A stretch of DNA of 64,000 bases from Phaeosaccion multiseriatum (Eukaryota > Protista > Ochrophyta, other classes): assembly GCA_965112735.1 (NCBI GenBank), contig OZ218956.1, forward strand, positions 1,302,001 through 1,366,000, given 5' to 3'. Below the pieces are notes generated by a model. It was not told the DNA's origin and did not search any database. It saw only the letters and a program-made list of their open reading frames with translations. Positions 14,501 to 27,504 of the stretch are shown here, piece after piece; positions within the stretch are counted from its first letter, which is position 1, and the number at the start of each line of letters is the position of its first letter. The position numbers and the translations under genes are program-made.

Positions 14501-17500
14501 TCCACAAATACAGAGTAGATTGCCATCTTAAAACTCTTTCCCTCCCCCCCCCCCCTCCCCCCCCTCCTCCCTATCTACTTACCTACCTACCCATCCACCC
14601 GTCCACTTACCCATCTGCCCACCCATCCACGCACCCATCTGACCCACCCGCCCATCCACTCACATCTACCCACCTGAGAAACGAATTGAGCGGCGACAAG
14701 CTCGGCCTCGGCACTCTCTCCCCCCTTGGTGAGCAGTGCCTCCATCAGCTTGAGAGAGCGTCTCGTTACCTGGGGAGAGGAGGACCCAGGGTATTTGATA
14801 GTTGTTAGTATGAGAGGGGAGAGGAGGTATCGGGAGAGAGACAGGGAGGGAGGGAGGGAGGGAGGGAAGGAGCGGAGAACGGCCATCAAAGAAATGAGCA
14901 CAAGGGTAGAGTGGAGTAGAGCAGAGCAGAGGGTGCCGTAGAGAGGAGAGATGGGTATCACAAACGGCGGCGTGGATGAAGAATACCAATGCCTTCCTGA
15001 CCTGCCCTCGCATGGCCTGCAGCTCGGCGGTGTCTGTGGGGAGCAGCGCCGGGTCATCGAAAGCGTTCCATGAGGAGGTCTTGTTGTTGGCTCCTCCTCC
15101 TCCTCCTCCTCCACCTCCTCCTCCTCCTCCTCCTCCTCCTCCTCGGACACCGAGGGCGTGAAGAAGACCCATGTCGGAGGGCGGCAGATGCTTGTGGCAG
15201 TACGCAAAGAAAGACACCACGTCTTGAAGGACGCGAGGGGAGGTGTGGTGTGCCTGATACGAGGCCGTCTCTTGACCCCCAGCATCACCCCCCTCGTCGG
15301 TCTCAGCAGCGGTCGAAGAGGAAGCTCGGCGCTTTGAGCCCCTCTGCGGCGCTGTGCTCCCTGTCCCCTCTCCCTCTCCCTCTCCTCCTCCTCCTCCTCC
15401 TCCTCCTCCTCCTTCTGCTGTTGCTGGTGATGCTCCTGCTCTGTCCTCTGAGGAGAAGATGTCATCAGCGCTGAGAAGGTCTCGCTCCAGAGCAAAGGTG
15501 TAGCAGTCTGCAGACGCGCTCAGCGAGCTTAGCCACTCCTTCAGCTCAGGAAGAGCCGGATACGCCCCGCCTCGCAGGATGTCAACGCTGCTACAACTCT
15601 TACTGCTACCGCTGCTGCTGCTGCTGCTGCTGTTGCCCCTCTCAAACACCCACACAACTTCGGCCAAGCCTCGGGTCCGGCGCACCTCCTTCACCCAATG
15701 CCGAGCCCCTTCCCCGTAGTCCGTAACCGCCGACGGGTCTTCCCTGTTCTCGGGCAGGATGAGCAGCGACAGTGCCTCGAACGCGAGCATACACTTGCGG
15801 CGAAACCTCGTCTCCGGAGAGCCCAGATGCTCCCACAACCACTCCGTCATTTCCCGGAGAGAGGTGGGGAAGATGCGATCGGCGTTGACGCGACAGAGAT
15901 TGGCCCCATCCCCTCGCTCCACCACCGACTTGCGAATGATCTTGAGAAGGTGGTGCACCGTCTGTGAGGCCGCGTCGGCCGTACCCAGCGCCGGAGGATC
16001 GTCGTGCGCCAGGCGAAGAGAGGAGAGCGCCGCGTGCAGCGCCTGCAGGATGTATCTGTCAATGAGGCTCATCTGCTCCCGTAGATATATGTACATCTTG
16101 TTGAGGGCGAGAAGGGCGCCCAGTCGCCGGTGCTTGTCTGGATGCACACACATGCTAAACACCCGACTGAGCAGGGCGTCAATACCCACGGGTCCGGAGG
16201 CAATCTCGCCCTCTGTGGACTGTTTAATGGCATACTTGAGGAACTCCACCACGCCGTCGATGCTCACTCCTCGCAACGGCCCGCCCTCTGCACATCCCAT
16301 GCCATCGGCCAGGCACTCCACAAGGGCGAGGGTGTCTTCGTTGTGTTGCTTGGCGTTGGAGAACCAATGCACCAACTGCTTCACCAGCGTCTCAAAGAGC
16401 TTCCGCGTGACCGGGTCAACGTCCACTGCAAGCTTGAGTAGGGAAGGGAAGACCCTCCGGAACAGCTTGGACAGCTCCCCTGCCCTCCCATGCATGTTGG
16501 CTGTCGGGTCCGTCGCCGTCTGTCCGACCATGTACACGACGATGGCATGCAGAGCCTCTGCCGACAGCGTCTTGGTCTTGCCGCTACTACTCTGGGCCGC
16601 GAGGTCGACCAGCAGCGGCAGGATGCTGTCGAGGCAAAGATCGATGCTGGGGTAGTCGCGAAAGGGCACTCGGAGGCTGAGGCGGCGGGTGGTGTCCCAA
16701 GCCAGGCTCTTGCTGAGAGCGGCAGTCGTATCTCCTGCTACGTAAACGTTGTGCCCTCCGAGTCTGCCCAGCAGCAGCAGCACACGCCTCTGCAACAGAG
16801 CCCACTCCTCCACATTGTCCTCCCCCGACCCGGGGGGGGAGGAGGAGGAGGAAGAAGGTGAGGTGCTGCTGCCCTTTTTACCTCGCATCTTGGATCCCTT
16901 GCTTCTCCTCGCTCTCTTGCCCTTTCCCTCCTCCTCCTTTCCGCGGGCCCCACTCGGTACCTCCTCTCTGCTGCTGTGCAGGTACGGCTCCAGTTTGGGC
17001 AAGAGGGTCGGAAGGTGTGGGACAAGCTCCGCCAACAACGATCGAGAAGCCTGGATGCGCTCCAATGCATGTACCGCCACACTCGCCGTGGGGAGGTGTG
17101 ATACACCCGTGCTCAATGCAATACCTATGCTCTTCACCAGCGGCTCCACTCCACCTCCCCCACTACCTGGCCAGACAAGGAGACAGCGGGGTGCGCTGAG
17201 TACCATCTCCACGCAGCTGGCCAGTAGCTCGTCCTTGAACTGAGTGAGTTGCACATTGCAGTGCGCGAGGAAGTTCTGCAGCATACGCCGGCACACCTCC
17301 TCCCCCTCCACTGTGGTGCTCTCACTCCTCCTCCTCCTCATCTTCTTCCTCTTCTCCCCCTTCTCCCCCCCCCCCCTGCCCGTCGGTGCCTTGGTCTTGC
17401 TATTGCTCTGGCTCTCCCCGTCGTCCTCGCAGTCCATGGCATCATCGGCGCCATCGGTTGCCATCCTCTGCTCGTGTCCCTCTTCCTCGTCCGCCTCCTC

Positions 17501-19407
17501 TTCCCCCTCCTCGTCCTCGTCCCCATCCTCTTCTTCTTCAGGAAAGAAGCCGACTCGGAGCCCTTGCTTGAGGAGCAGAGAAACAAGTCGGTAGAGCCCA
17601 CTCACGAAGGGGAACTCCATGGATCGACTGATTAGGGCCTTGGCGAGGGTTGGGATCCAGCCAATGAAGAAATCCCTGCCAAGGCCAGCAAACAAGAGGG
17701 GTGAGGAAAGGCGGGAGGAGGAGGAGGAGGAGGAGGAGGAATGAGCGGTATGCACACACTCACACGCACGCACATGCAGTATCGACCAATCGGCGCTACT
17801 GCGCTACTGACCCTCTTAGTCCAGCAAGGAGCTCCTCGCAGAAGGTGACAAGGTTGAGGAGGCACTCCTGATCCATGGGGCGGGAGGGCCGTGGGATGCC
17901 ATCTGCAGGTAGCTCGTAGGACAGGTCTAGCTGGAGCAGGCGGCTGTAGACGGCGCTAAGGAGGGCGTCAGAGACCACCCCGGTGATGCTCGATCGCTTG
18001 CCTGAGAGGAGGGAGGGGGGGGGGGTGGAGGGGGAGGAAGGGCGGGGAGGAGTTGTTATGCTCAGTCCATTTGTGGAATGAAGGGAAAGGTGTCTTTCGC
18101 TGCTGCTGCTGCTGCTGCTGCGGCTGCTCCATTTTTTGGTGGAGAAAAGAGGAAGAAAAAAGACGAAAGAGAGAAAAGAGGACAGAGCAGATTCGATCCA
18201 AAGACGACCAAGCCTTAAGCCTTGCCCTCCCTACCCCTGTCACTCTTTTTCTCACCTACGAAGGACAGCGTGACGTGGTGGTCGTTGTTGTTGGGGGCGG
18301 CTTTGCTGGGCGGCTGCAGGACGCGCTTCCACAGATCGGCGTAGGAGAAGCACAAACGGCTGTCGAGAAGGCCGGTCTCGCTGTCGATACGCATGCCGCC
18401 TCCGCCTGAGAGGCGTAGGGAAGGGCAAGAAGGGGGGGGGGGCAAGGTGGGGAGGGCAGCAAGGAGTGCAGTGGGGAGGCAAGCAGGTCACCAAGTCAGC
18501 AAGTCAGCGAGCGAGCAAGGACGGACGGACGGACGGATGGATGGATGGATGGATGGGACGCAAGAACAAACCCACGCACACACACACCGCCACTCCTCAA
18601 ACTCCTGAGCCGACTCACTGTAGATCAACGTGCGGCCCTCCTCGTCCCTGAGCATTGCTCTTGTAACGGCGACGTCCACAGTGGCAAGCAGGGCATCGTA
18701 CATCACGGAGCTCCCTCCCCGTCGCCTCCCGCCGTTGCTGCTGATGGCTGCCAACGCCACGTACAGTTGCCTGACCGACCAGAGGAGGAGGAGGAGGAGG
18801 AGGAGGAGGAGGAGGAGGAGTGAGCTTCTACCTCCACCTCTACTTCTCTACGTCTCTGTATACATCGTATAATAGGCCTCTCTCTACCGTGAGTACTCAC
18901 GTGATGCCGTTAGCAGCGGTGGAGCAATCCTTCCTCATCAGGGTGGGGTAGTCCTCCAGCACGGCCACAGCGAGTCGCGTCAGCACCCGCTGCACGTGCA
19001 TGGGGGGCTCACCAATGCCCAACATTGCCTGTGCAGCAGCATCGCCAACAGCACCAGCACCAACGGCGGTATCTCCTCCACCTCCTCCTCCTCCCCCCCC
19101 TCCTCCCCCCCCGCCTCTCGCCGCTTCCTCCTGCTGTATCACCAACTGCTGTGCCTTGATCTCTAGCATATGTGTGGCGTACACGACGCTGGCGAGTGTG
19201 AAGAGCATCTCGGCCTTGAGCAGCTTGAAACGGTACGACTTGTGGGCGGTGCTGTGGTACTTGGAGCTGCTGCTGTGAGGAAGATGGATGGCACCATACG
19301 GCACACAACAGAAACACCCCACACAAACGCACACATGAACGCACGCACGCACGCACACGCATGCGCACGCACGAGAACCCGCATGCACGAGAACCATACA
19401 CACACAT

Positions 19408-19459
<52 letters not shown>

Positions 19460-21492
19460 CAAACAGAAGAGCGTGAGAGCCGCCCCGAAAAATCATTTGC
19501 TACACCGAACTTGACTCTCCGCAAGGAGGCACGAGGCCATGTCTATCAGTGAGACTATGCCGAAGGACGGGAGCGTCCTGTCGCCTCCCTCCCTCTTTTC
19601 GTCCCTCTCTCCTTACCTTGCGTAGCTTCCATCGCCCCTCCCCCCCCCTGCTGCCTGCACGGCGCCCTCTAGAGTGCTTGACGCGTTGATGCCCGTAAAT
19701 CGCTCCACAAGATCGAGGACCTTCGCCTGAGAGGAGGGGGTGGCATGGAACGAAACGGAGCAGTTGGTGGTACAGCAGTAGTATTTGATGATGCAACAGC
19801 AGCAGTTGGTGATACAGCAGCATGAGCGTGAGAAAGAAGGGGGAGGGAAGGAGGGGGGGGGGGTTTGTAAGTGGCGGGTAGTGTGACGTAGATCTCTGAG
19901 CGGGATGGGACCCTTTCTCTCTCTCTCTCTCTGTCTGTCTGTCTATCTGTCTATGCTGTACTTTCGGTTTAAGACCAGGCACGCTCGAACAGCAGAATGG
20001 TCCGATCGTTACCACACATGCACAGAAATGGACACACTGAACACACGAATCGCAAACACATACACACACGACAATTTGGGCCTGCACCGAACCAATCCTC
20101 CTCTTTTATGCAATCCTTAGATTGATTCGCAAGTCGATGTTTACATACTACATGTATATAACAAACCCTCTCTTATAACTCTTCCCCTTCTCCCTGTCCC
20201 TCCACCCACCCACCCACCCTCCCACCGCACCTGCACACTCTTGACGACCTCGAGGCTGCAAAGCTCCCGCAGTGCCGGCCCCAGGGCAGCCACCCCCGCC
20301 AGCCCGAGCGCCACGGTCTTCGGCTCGGGTACCATCGTCATGGCCATGCAGTCGTTCAGAAAGTAGTCCAGGTAGTCTGTGTCTCTCTTCTGTAGAGCTG
20401 GTGGTGGTGGTGATGGTGGTGGTTGTTGTCATTCGTGGATGTCGTGGTTATGTCATTGATTGATTGGCTTGTTGGTTGGTTGGGTTGGTTGGTTGGGTCG
20501 GTTGGGTCGGTCGGTTGGTTGGCTCATGCCTAGCTCAAATGGTTCGTTCGCTTGAAGTGAGTTCAGCGCAATGTACAAACCAACCAAACGCTCGACCCGA
20601 CTCCCATTGCCACACAAACCTGCTTGGGCGGCCTGGCAGAGCAGACTCGTGAGGGCGGGGCCTGCGTGCTTCAGCTTGTCTTGGTCTTTCTCCAAAGCAC
20701 ACCTCTTGACGCATGCGTGCAGCTGCTCGAATGCCAAGGACCTAAGGGGGGAGGAGAGAGAAGGGGGGGGGGGAGGGAAAGGGAGGAGAGAGAAGGGGGG
20801 GGGGGAGGGAAAGGGAGGAGAGGGAGGGGGGAATGAGAAAAGCGGAAGGAGGGGAAGGCGGAGAGGAAGGGGGGAGAGGGGGAGAAGGGAAAGAGGGAGG
20901 GACGAAGGGCGAAAGCAAAGGAGGGGGCGAGCGAGAAGGAGGCAGGACGTCTTAGGAGGCAGGACGTCTTTCTGCAAGCAATCGCAACACTCACGAGGCG
21001 GCAAAAATGGGCAGGAAGAGCGCAGCATGCCTCCGGAAGAAGCGGAGGGCCTTGCCGCTGATTTCGAAGCGATGTGTGATCACCTTCTCATCGAAGAGAG
21101 AACTGATTGACTGTTTTATTGGCAGCGTATCGTGTGGGGTTGAGACAGGGGGAAGTGAGAGAAAGAGAGAGGGGGAGATTACACACAAAGAGAGAGGGAG
21201 AGAGAACGAGTGATTCACACACACACACACACAGAGAGAGAGAGCGTGATACACAGATCGAGAGACGGTGATACACAGAGAGAGACACCCACGCACACAA
21301 ACAGAGACAGAGAGACACAGAGAGAGAGAGAGAGAGAGGTGCAGGTAGGGAGGTGTCATCCGAGAAATGGTTCCTGCCCTTAATCCTTGGTGACTTACCT
21401 TGAATAGGTAAGCGTAGAGGTCCTTGCGCTTCTTGTCCGAGCACGAGTAGTGGCCGTCGTGGTTGCGGATACAGTGGTCGATACTGCACACG

Positions 21493-21525
<33 letters not shown>

Positions 21526-23914
21526 GCACACACGCACACACGCACACACGCACACGCACATACACCAACAAAACACGATTCAGAAACAACAGAGAAAGTA
21601 TAGTAAACCCAACAGCACTGCCATCAACCCATGCATGGCAAGGAAAGCGTGCGTGTGTGCGTGCGCACGTACGTACCAGACAAAGGCTCCTACGATGACG
21701 GCCTTCTTGGGATTATTGGCGCTGAAGTTATTCTTCAGTGCGGTGTCGCACCTCGACAGGATATTTTTCACTTTTGCCTCGTCCTGCGGGTAGGTGGACA
21801 CTAACACTCCAATCAGCTTCAGGATCTCGCCTGGAGGGAGGGAGGGAGGGAGGGAGGGAGGGAGGGAGGGAGGGAGGGAGGGAGGGAGGGAGGGAGGGAG
21901 GGAGGGAGGGAGGGAGGGAGGGAGGGAGGGAGGGAGGGAGGGAGGGTGGGAGGGAGGGAGGGAGGGTGGGAGGGAGGGAGAGAAGGGAGGGGAGGAGAGA
22001 AGGGAGGGAGGGGAGAGAAGGGGGGGGAGGAGGCGACATTATAGCCAGACAGACGTGGCCAGATTTTCCATCCAACGGGGGGAAATTTCACAAACGGTCA
22101 GAGACGACGGCCACTCTAAAGTACCTTTGACAGAGTCCGACTTGGACGACTGGCGGTACGCAACGTCCAGCAGTTCGAAGGTTTCGCTCACGTCCCACTT
22201 GCTCTCTGCCGGGGTGGAGGAGAGAGGGGAGGGGCAGAGCAGCAAGAGGGGCGCGGGCGGTAAGAGGGGAAGAGGGTGCGCTATGACACGAGAGGATGAA
22301 GGGGGATGGGGGTCAAAGGCGAGCCGACACGGGCCGACGGGGGGCACACAGGAGCACACGCGCGGAGGGGGTGGGAGCGAGGGAAGGGACAGGAGGAGCG
22401 AATCGTTTGGTGTGGTTTGTGTGCATGGTGCGTGTGGAAGCTGAGGGGGGGGGCATGTTATGTAATGTTATGTATTCATTCCTCTACCTGCGAGGCATGC
22501 CGGTCTGGTCTTGAGAAGTGTCCGCAGGGGCACGAGGGCTTGTCCCTGTATGTCGGGGCTAGCAGTCTCCCTCTTGAAGATATCCAGGCACTGGTTCTGG
22601 AGGAGGGTAAGGAGGGAGTGCAAGGGCGGGTAGAGCCAGAGTCAGTCAGTCAGGCAGTCAGTCAGTCAGTCGAGCGAGGGTTTGGTGGGCAAGAGCGAGA
22701 CACCGAGCGAGACAGTCAGTCAGTCTAGCGAGGGTTTGGTGGGCAAGAGCGAGACACCGAGCGAGACAGTCAGTCAGTCTAGCGAGGGTTTGGTGGGCAA
22801 GAGCGAGACACCGAGCGAGACAGTCAGTCAGTCTAGCGAGGGTTTGGTGGGCAAGAGCGAGACACCGAGCGAGACAGAGTAAGAGAGAGAGAGAGACAGT
22901 GGTGGGAGAGGGGAGACGGCATTGCCATAACACCCCATTCTTACCGCTGCGATCAGACCGTAACGCTCCAAGTGGATGCTTCCGGGGCCGAGCAGTCGGA
23001 TGTACTGCTCGACTGTCTCCAAGGCCCTCTTGCGGAGCTAAAGGTGGAGGGGAGGGGACGGGAGGGGAGGGGTGGAGGGGGGGCAGGGGAGGGCGAGAGA
23101 CGGGGCAGCCAGCGATGGATGCCGTTAAGGTCAGGGCCACGGGGTTTCGAGGAGGGGGAGAGGGGGGGGGAAGGGAGGGCATAATACCCTGCGCCACGGG
23201 CACAGGACACGCGCCATGTAGTGGGGGCAGAGGCCTGTGGTGAGTATGACCAGGGGCATGCATGCCTTCGCGAGTGACACTTGACACATGCACTCTGATC
23301 GTCTACTTGTCCCAGTCTGTGGTGCTCGGAGCTCTCTGTGTCCTCCCCCCCCTCGTTCCCTTTCTACTCTTCCCCTTCCACTTGCTCCCTCCAAAGCGAT
23401 GACCTCGTCCAATAGTACACACAAAAGTTGAACAGCACAACGGCACGCACTCACGCTCTTCGTTTCGGCCGGGTCCGTATCGGCAGTGTTGACGACGAAC
23501 TTCAGGAGGTCGGGAGGAGACTCCGAGTCGAACACCAGACTGGACAGGAGGGCCACAGTCTGGGCCTCCGAGGGGGACGAAGGGTCGGCCTGAGCCAGGG
23601 GGGACGGGGGGCGGGCAAGAGATTGTTGTTTCCATGTGGAGGAAAAAAGCAGGAGTAATGCATTGTAAGAGATTGCGAGGGGAGTTGATCGAGTGAGTGA
23701 GTGAGTGAGTGAGTGAGTGAGTGAGTGGGCGAGTGAGTGAGCGAGGAATGCCTCAAGCGCTTGTTACTTTTGACCCCTAGCGTTGTATCCAAGTGCCCAC
23801 CTTCAAGATGGAGATGCCCAGCTGTTCCACGAGGCTCACAGCATCACCCACGAAGGTGTCCAGAGAGTCCAGGTCCCACAGGAAGGCCTCGATGTTCGAC
23901 ACATCCACCAACAT
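1..23914 (-). CDS. PRKDC: DNA-dependent protein kinase catalytic subunit, multi-exon; N-HEAT/M-HEAT through FAT region, with the kinase domain beyond the left window edge
   Basis: Spliced exons carry DNA-PKcs-specific motifs: LAWDTTRRLSLRVPF..LDSILP..KTLSAEALHAIVVYMVG, LAVDVDPVTRKLFETLVKQLVHWFS (ORF 14666-17773), RRYRQGELPDIEIP..PLQHLA..AKELFVQLF and WLELSRLYAELGE (ORF 3516-4697), PMTPMF..STQDFSWTQTQ, and LQFAKFCD at the window edge. Exon 1 is 23914-23801 (MLVDVSNIEAF..., ending AAG|GTGGGC). Confidence 0.95.
458..710. repeat. (AAC)n microsatellite in a PRKDC intron
   Basis: About 250 bp of AAC with occasional GAC/ACC variants. Confidence 0.95.
2679..2964 (-). repeat. GTTAG/GTCAG pentamer array interleaved with repeated copies of the adjacent exon end and donor site
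   Basis: (ACCTGACCTA)n on the + strand; GTCAAGGCTG occurs at 2679, 2811, 2873 and 2955. Confidence 0.9.
21834..21970. repeat. (GGGA)n array, read as (CCCT)n directly before a PRKDC acceptor
   Basis: Direct inspection; it abuts the acceptor AG on the minus strand. Confidence 0.95.
22661..22877. repeat. 54-bp minisatellite, 4 copies, intronic in PRKDC
   Basis: Unit GTCAGTCAGTCTAGCGAGGGTTTGGTGGGCAAGAGCGAGACACCGAGCGAGACA. Confidence 0.9.
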
Positions 23915-24189
23915 CCTTGAACTAATTAAAGTACGTGCCCGCCGGATTTGATGGAGACGTCCTTCCTTCCTCCCTTGGATTCCTTCACTTTAGCCGCTCC
24001 CCTATAATCCCACCCTCCATTTACTTTCTGATTGGCCCCGCGTTCTCTCGCCCTGCACTGGTGGAGAGGAGAAGAAGAGGCCTCTCCGTCCCGCGATATG
24101 GAGGGGGGGGAAGATCGATCGACTGGCATGTTGGGAATTCGCGTCGTCGACAGAAGTACTTGACTGAGGGATCCTGTACCCCTGTTGCG
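23915..24189. promoter_or_regulatory. Putative bidirectional promoter between PRKDC and the SpoU gene
   Basis: Divergent ATGs are 276 bp apart; the interval contains CTATAAT and ATTGG (a reverse CCAAT). Confidence 0.5.
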
Positions 24190-25122
24190 ATGAGTGAAGG
24201 CGAAGAGCAGCAGAGCAGGAGCGATGAAGGAGCCGACACTTCTCGACCAAAGAGCTTCTTGGTCATTTGCAATATAGGAAAAAAGGGAAACGTTCGAACA
24301 CTCATCAACAGTGCTCTGGCCTTCGGGGCCCATATCTTGATTGGTGAGTGAGGGGAGAAGGAAGCGAGGCACAGCGGCTCAGTTATACTCACGCCCCCCC
24401 TCTCTCCTCCGTCGCTCTTTCCGCAACGTTCGCTGAGCAGTGGGCCTTCCCACCTTTGAGTTGAAAAGCCATGTGGACCGCGACATGCACGAGAGAGTGT
24501 CGGCGCCAGGGGGACTGACGCGATTCGAGGACCTGGCGACGTGCAAGGACTACGTGCACCAACAGGTGTGGCCTTGCGTACCTGTGTGGGGAGGAAGGGG
24601 CCAGACCGGCCTCTCGTGGACTTCTCCTGCTTCCTTGCAGTTTTTTCAAAGCCCTCTGTGTGTTTTGCTGATCACCCTTTCAGGGAGCTGTGCTGACGGG
24701 TGTGGAGATTGTGGAGGGGGCGGCGAACGTGGAGCAGGAGCCCTTCTCCGGAGCGACGGCCTTCATGATGGGGAACGAGGTGAGGTGAGGTGCGCTGCGT
24801 CTGCTCGCCTCTCTTGGGAAGGAGATGGGGGCAAGGAGGAAGGAGAAGTCAAGAGGGCTGATTCTCTCCGACGCCCACTGCTGACGCTTGCCGAACCCAA
24901 TGCCCCTCTGCTCCTCCTCCTCCTCCTCTACAGGGCGACGGGATGAGCGACAAGCAGAAGAGCATGTGCGACAACTTCTGCATCATCTCCCAGTACGGCA
25001 CGGGCACCGCATCACTCAACGTCGCCGTCGCGGCCTCCATTGTGCTCCAGCGCTTCTTCCAATGGACCACGGCGGCACAGAGCACCTCCATTAGCCCGGC
25101 CGAGAGCCCGGAAGGCGGGTGA
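24190..25122 (+). CDS. SpoU/TrmH-family (SPOUT) tRNA/rRNA 2'-O-methyltransferase, 4 exons (24190-24343, 24441-24565, 24684-24779, 24934-25122)
   Basis: Motifs NIGKKGNVRTLINSALAFG, AFMMGNE|GDG and SLNVAVAASIVL; GT-AG introns with consistent phases. Confidence 0.92.
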
Positions 25123-25532
25123 TGACGGGGTGGAAGGGCAGTAATGCAGGAGGAGCAGCGCAGCGACGGGTGTGTGGAGCCATCGCACGAAGGCTGCGGC
25201 TGATGTGTGCCCTCGACGGAGGAGGGAGGGGGTGCACGCGACCAGCCCTTGGCACTGCCTGGCGCTCATGGGCCTCTTCCTGCACCCCCCACAGGGTGCC
25301 CAGCTGTTGGGGCAAAGCGAAGCCCATGAGCCACGACGGACACAACGATACCTCCGTGAGGGCTATGGGCACACGCAGTAGTGCAGTGCCAGCATGGCAC
25401 AGTATCGTTCGCCTCTGTGATGGACAGGACCGGGGCAGGGGCCAAGCTCATGGCGGCTGTTGACGGCCAAGGACAATGAGGATCGAGGTTCTAGATACTG
25501 TAAGGTGGGGAAGCTGGGTGGGCCCCTCGCGG

Positions 25533-25789
25533 TATCGATCGGCCCCAGGCGACAGGCGAGGTTTCTCTGGCTCCTGGCTTCTGGGCCGTAGCCTCCCCTC
25601 CTGGCTTCGGGCTTCTGGCCGCAGGCCAGGCCGCAGGCCAGACGGTCTGGCTTCTGGCTTCTCAGGCTGGGAGAACAAAAAATGGGGGGGGGGAGGGGGC
25701 TCGCTACTGTCCTGCTGGCTTCTGAAGCCCAAGGCCCAGCCCCCCTGAGCATCGGGGGCCAGAGAAACCTCGCCTGGGGCCGATCGATA
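25533..25789. mobile_element. MITE-like element, family B (about 32-bp terminal inverted repeats)
   Basis: Left end TATCGATCGGCCCCAGGCGA[CAGGCGA]GGTTTCTCTGGC is the inverse of the right end GCCAGAGAAACCTCGCCTGGGGCCGATCGATA; internal GGCTTCT repeats; intergenic and with no recognisable coding content. Confidence 0.65.
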
Positions 25790-26283
25790 TCGATGCCGAC
25801 TTGCCTCGTGCGAGAGAGAATGACCGAACTGGAACCTGGGGCCTCAGCCTCAGAACCCTGTTGTTGGGGGGTTGGGGGAGGCAAGCACTTACTGGATACA
25901 AGAGGCCTCTCTCAAAGGCAGAAGCCATGTCTGTCTCGGAGAGTCCAGGCTAGAGGAGCAACAGGAGCGGGAACAAAGGACAAGAGAGAGAGAGAGATTG
26001 AAGAAGATGAAGAAGAAGAGTAGTGGCGTTGGTGCGTTGGTTCAACGTGGCAGCGGTCGCAGCAGCAGATCGACAGCAGGAGCAAGAAGGAACATGTTAT
26101 CATGGGGGGGGGGTCTTCCCCTTTTTTCTCCATTTTAATTATTAGTATCCCTTGGGGAGACGAGGGGCAAGCGACGGGGAAGAGGACATACCGCGTTGGG
26201 CTGATGGACCTTACAGTACAGCTAGAGAGCAACTTCCCTTCTCTCTTGTCTTGTATAGCCAAGAACCGCTCCCCCACTCTTCT

Positions 26284-26480
26284 TCGACCCCTGATACACT
26301 ATCGCCACATTCTCGATAGCGCGCTATCGGGCCCCGGCGATAGCGGATAGCGCGCCGGCTGGCGGATAGCACGCCCCAACAACCCCCCCCCCCCCCAAAG
26401 CCGGCTGGCGCCGGCGATAGCGGATAACGCGCCGGCTGGCGCCGGCGATAGCGGATAGCGGATAGTGTATCAGGGGTCGA
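26284..26480. mobile_element. MITE-like element, family A, copy 1
   Basis: Perfect 20-bp inverted termini TCGACCCCTGATACACTATC...GATAGTGTATCAGGGGTCGA; internal GATAGC and GCCGGCTGGC repeats; a related copy lies at 53315. Confidence 0.8.
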
Positions 26481-27504
26481 TCAATTTCTTCTTTTTCTCC
26501 TCGGGGCTTTTTGCGCTGTGATAATAGAGATTTCGAGCAGTTGGTTCAAATTGCACCAAAAAAAAGAAAAAAGTGTCCAGTTTCACGTCGCTAGGTGTAA
26601 CCTCTCACGTTTTTGACCATCCTCCTCCACAGAGCCTCTTTCCATCCTACATGAGCTGAGAGATCACCGCAGGTCTGCTGCTGGATGAGGCCACACATAC
26701 GAGAAACAAGAGGGGAGGAAGAGGCTTCTACTGTCAGTCCCCCGTTCCTGTAATGGAGAGATAAAGGCGAGAACAAGTGGGGGAGAGAGACATCGGAGAG
26801 ATGTGCTGCTGCGGGAGGCAAGTCGCCCTTCCGTCTGGCCATTACCACTTACATCACCACCATCGGTGTACCCAAGTTGAAGCCGCAGTTGCGGCCACGT
26901 CGGCGTAAGGTTGGGACTTGGCCGGCCCTGCTGCGAGTGAGCGGGACCAAACGGAACCATCCTGGCGCGCTGTCCCTACCCGAGAGCAGGTGAGGCGCGT
27001 CACAGACCGTGAGTCCGGGTAGAGAGAGGGAGCGGGCTGTGAATAGGATGGGCAGGGCTACGGTCGGATTCGAAGTATGGGACGGGAGAGCTGGATAAGG
27101 AGGGTTCGGCGGCGGAGGCACAACAACGGCGGAATAGGGGAGTGGAAAGAAAGAAAGAAAATTTCGCATGTCCGCTCCTAGCCTTTCGTATCAGCACGGG
27201 CCCTCACCACCGTGCTCACTGCACCTCAGCATCCCGCTCCCAAGGCGCTTGCCATTGCTGTTCCCCCCTCTCCCCCCATCGAAGCCCCGTTCCGGGCAGG
27301 GGTTGTCGAACCGACACTTTCGTTCTTTCGGGGGGCTGGTACCTAACATACACCTTTCTTTGCCTCCCTCCTGCGTCATGTCGTCTTGTCCAACAGTGAC
27401 GGGAGGAGTGGTTAATCCGTAAGTTCGGGAGTACTTCGTTCTTTAGGGAGAAGGAAGGCTTCCAATACGGAAGGAAGCAAGGGAACAAAGAAAAGGAGAG
27501 AAAG

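Noticed and set aside
22661-22877. Regular repeats as a possible CRISPR array or an 18-aa repeat protein
   Set aside because: The units are near-identical with no spacers and lie inside a PRKDC intron.
26580-27400. Possible small gene or structured ncRNA upstream of the Popeye gene
   Set aside because: No recognisable protein motif, consistent exon chain or ncRNA signature.
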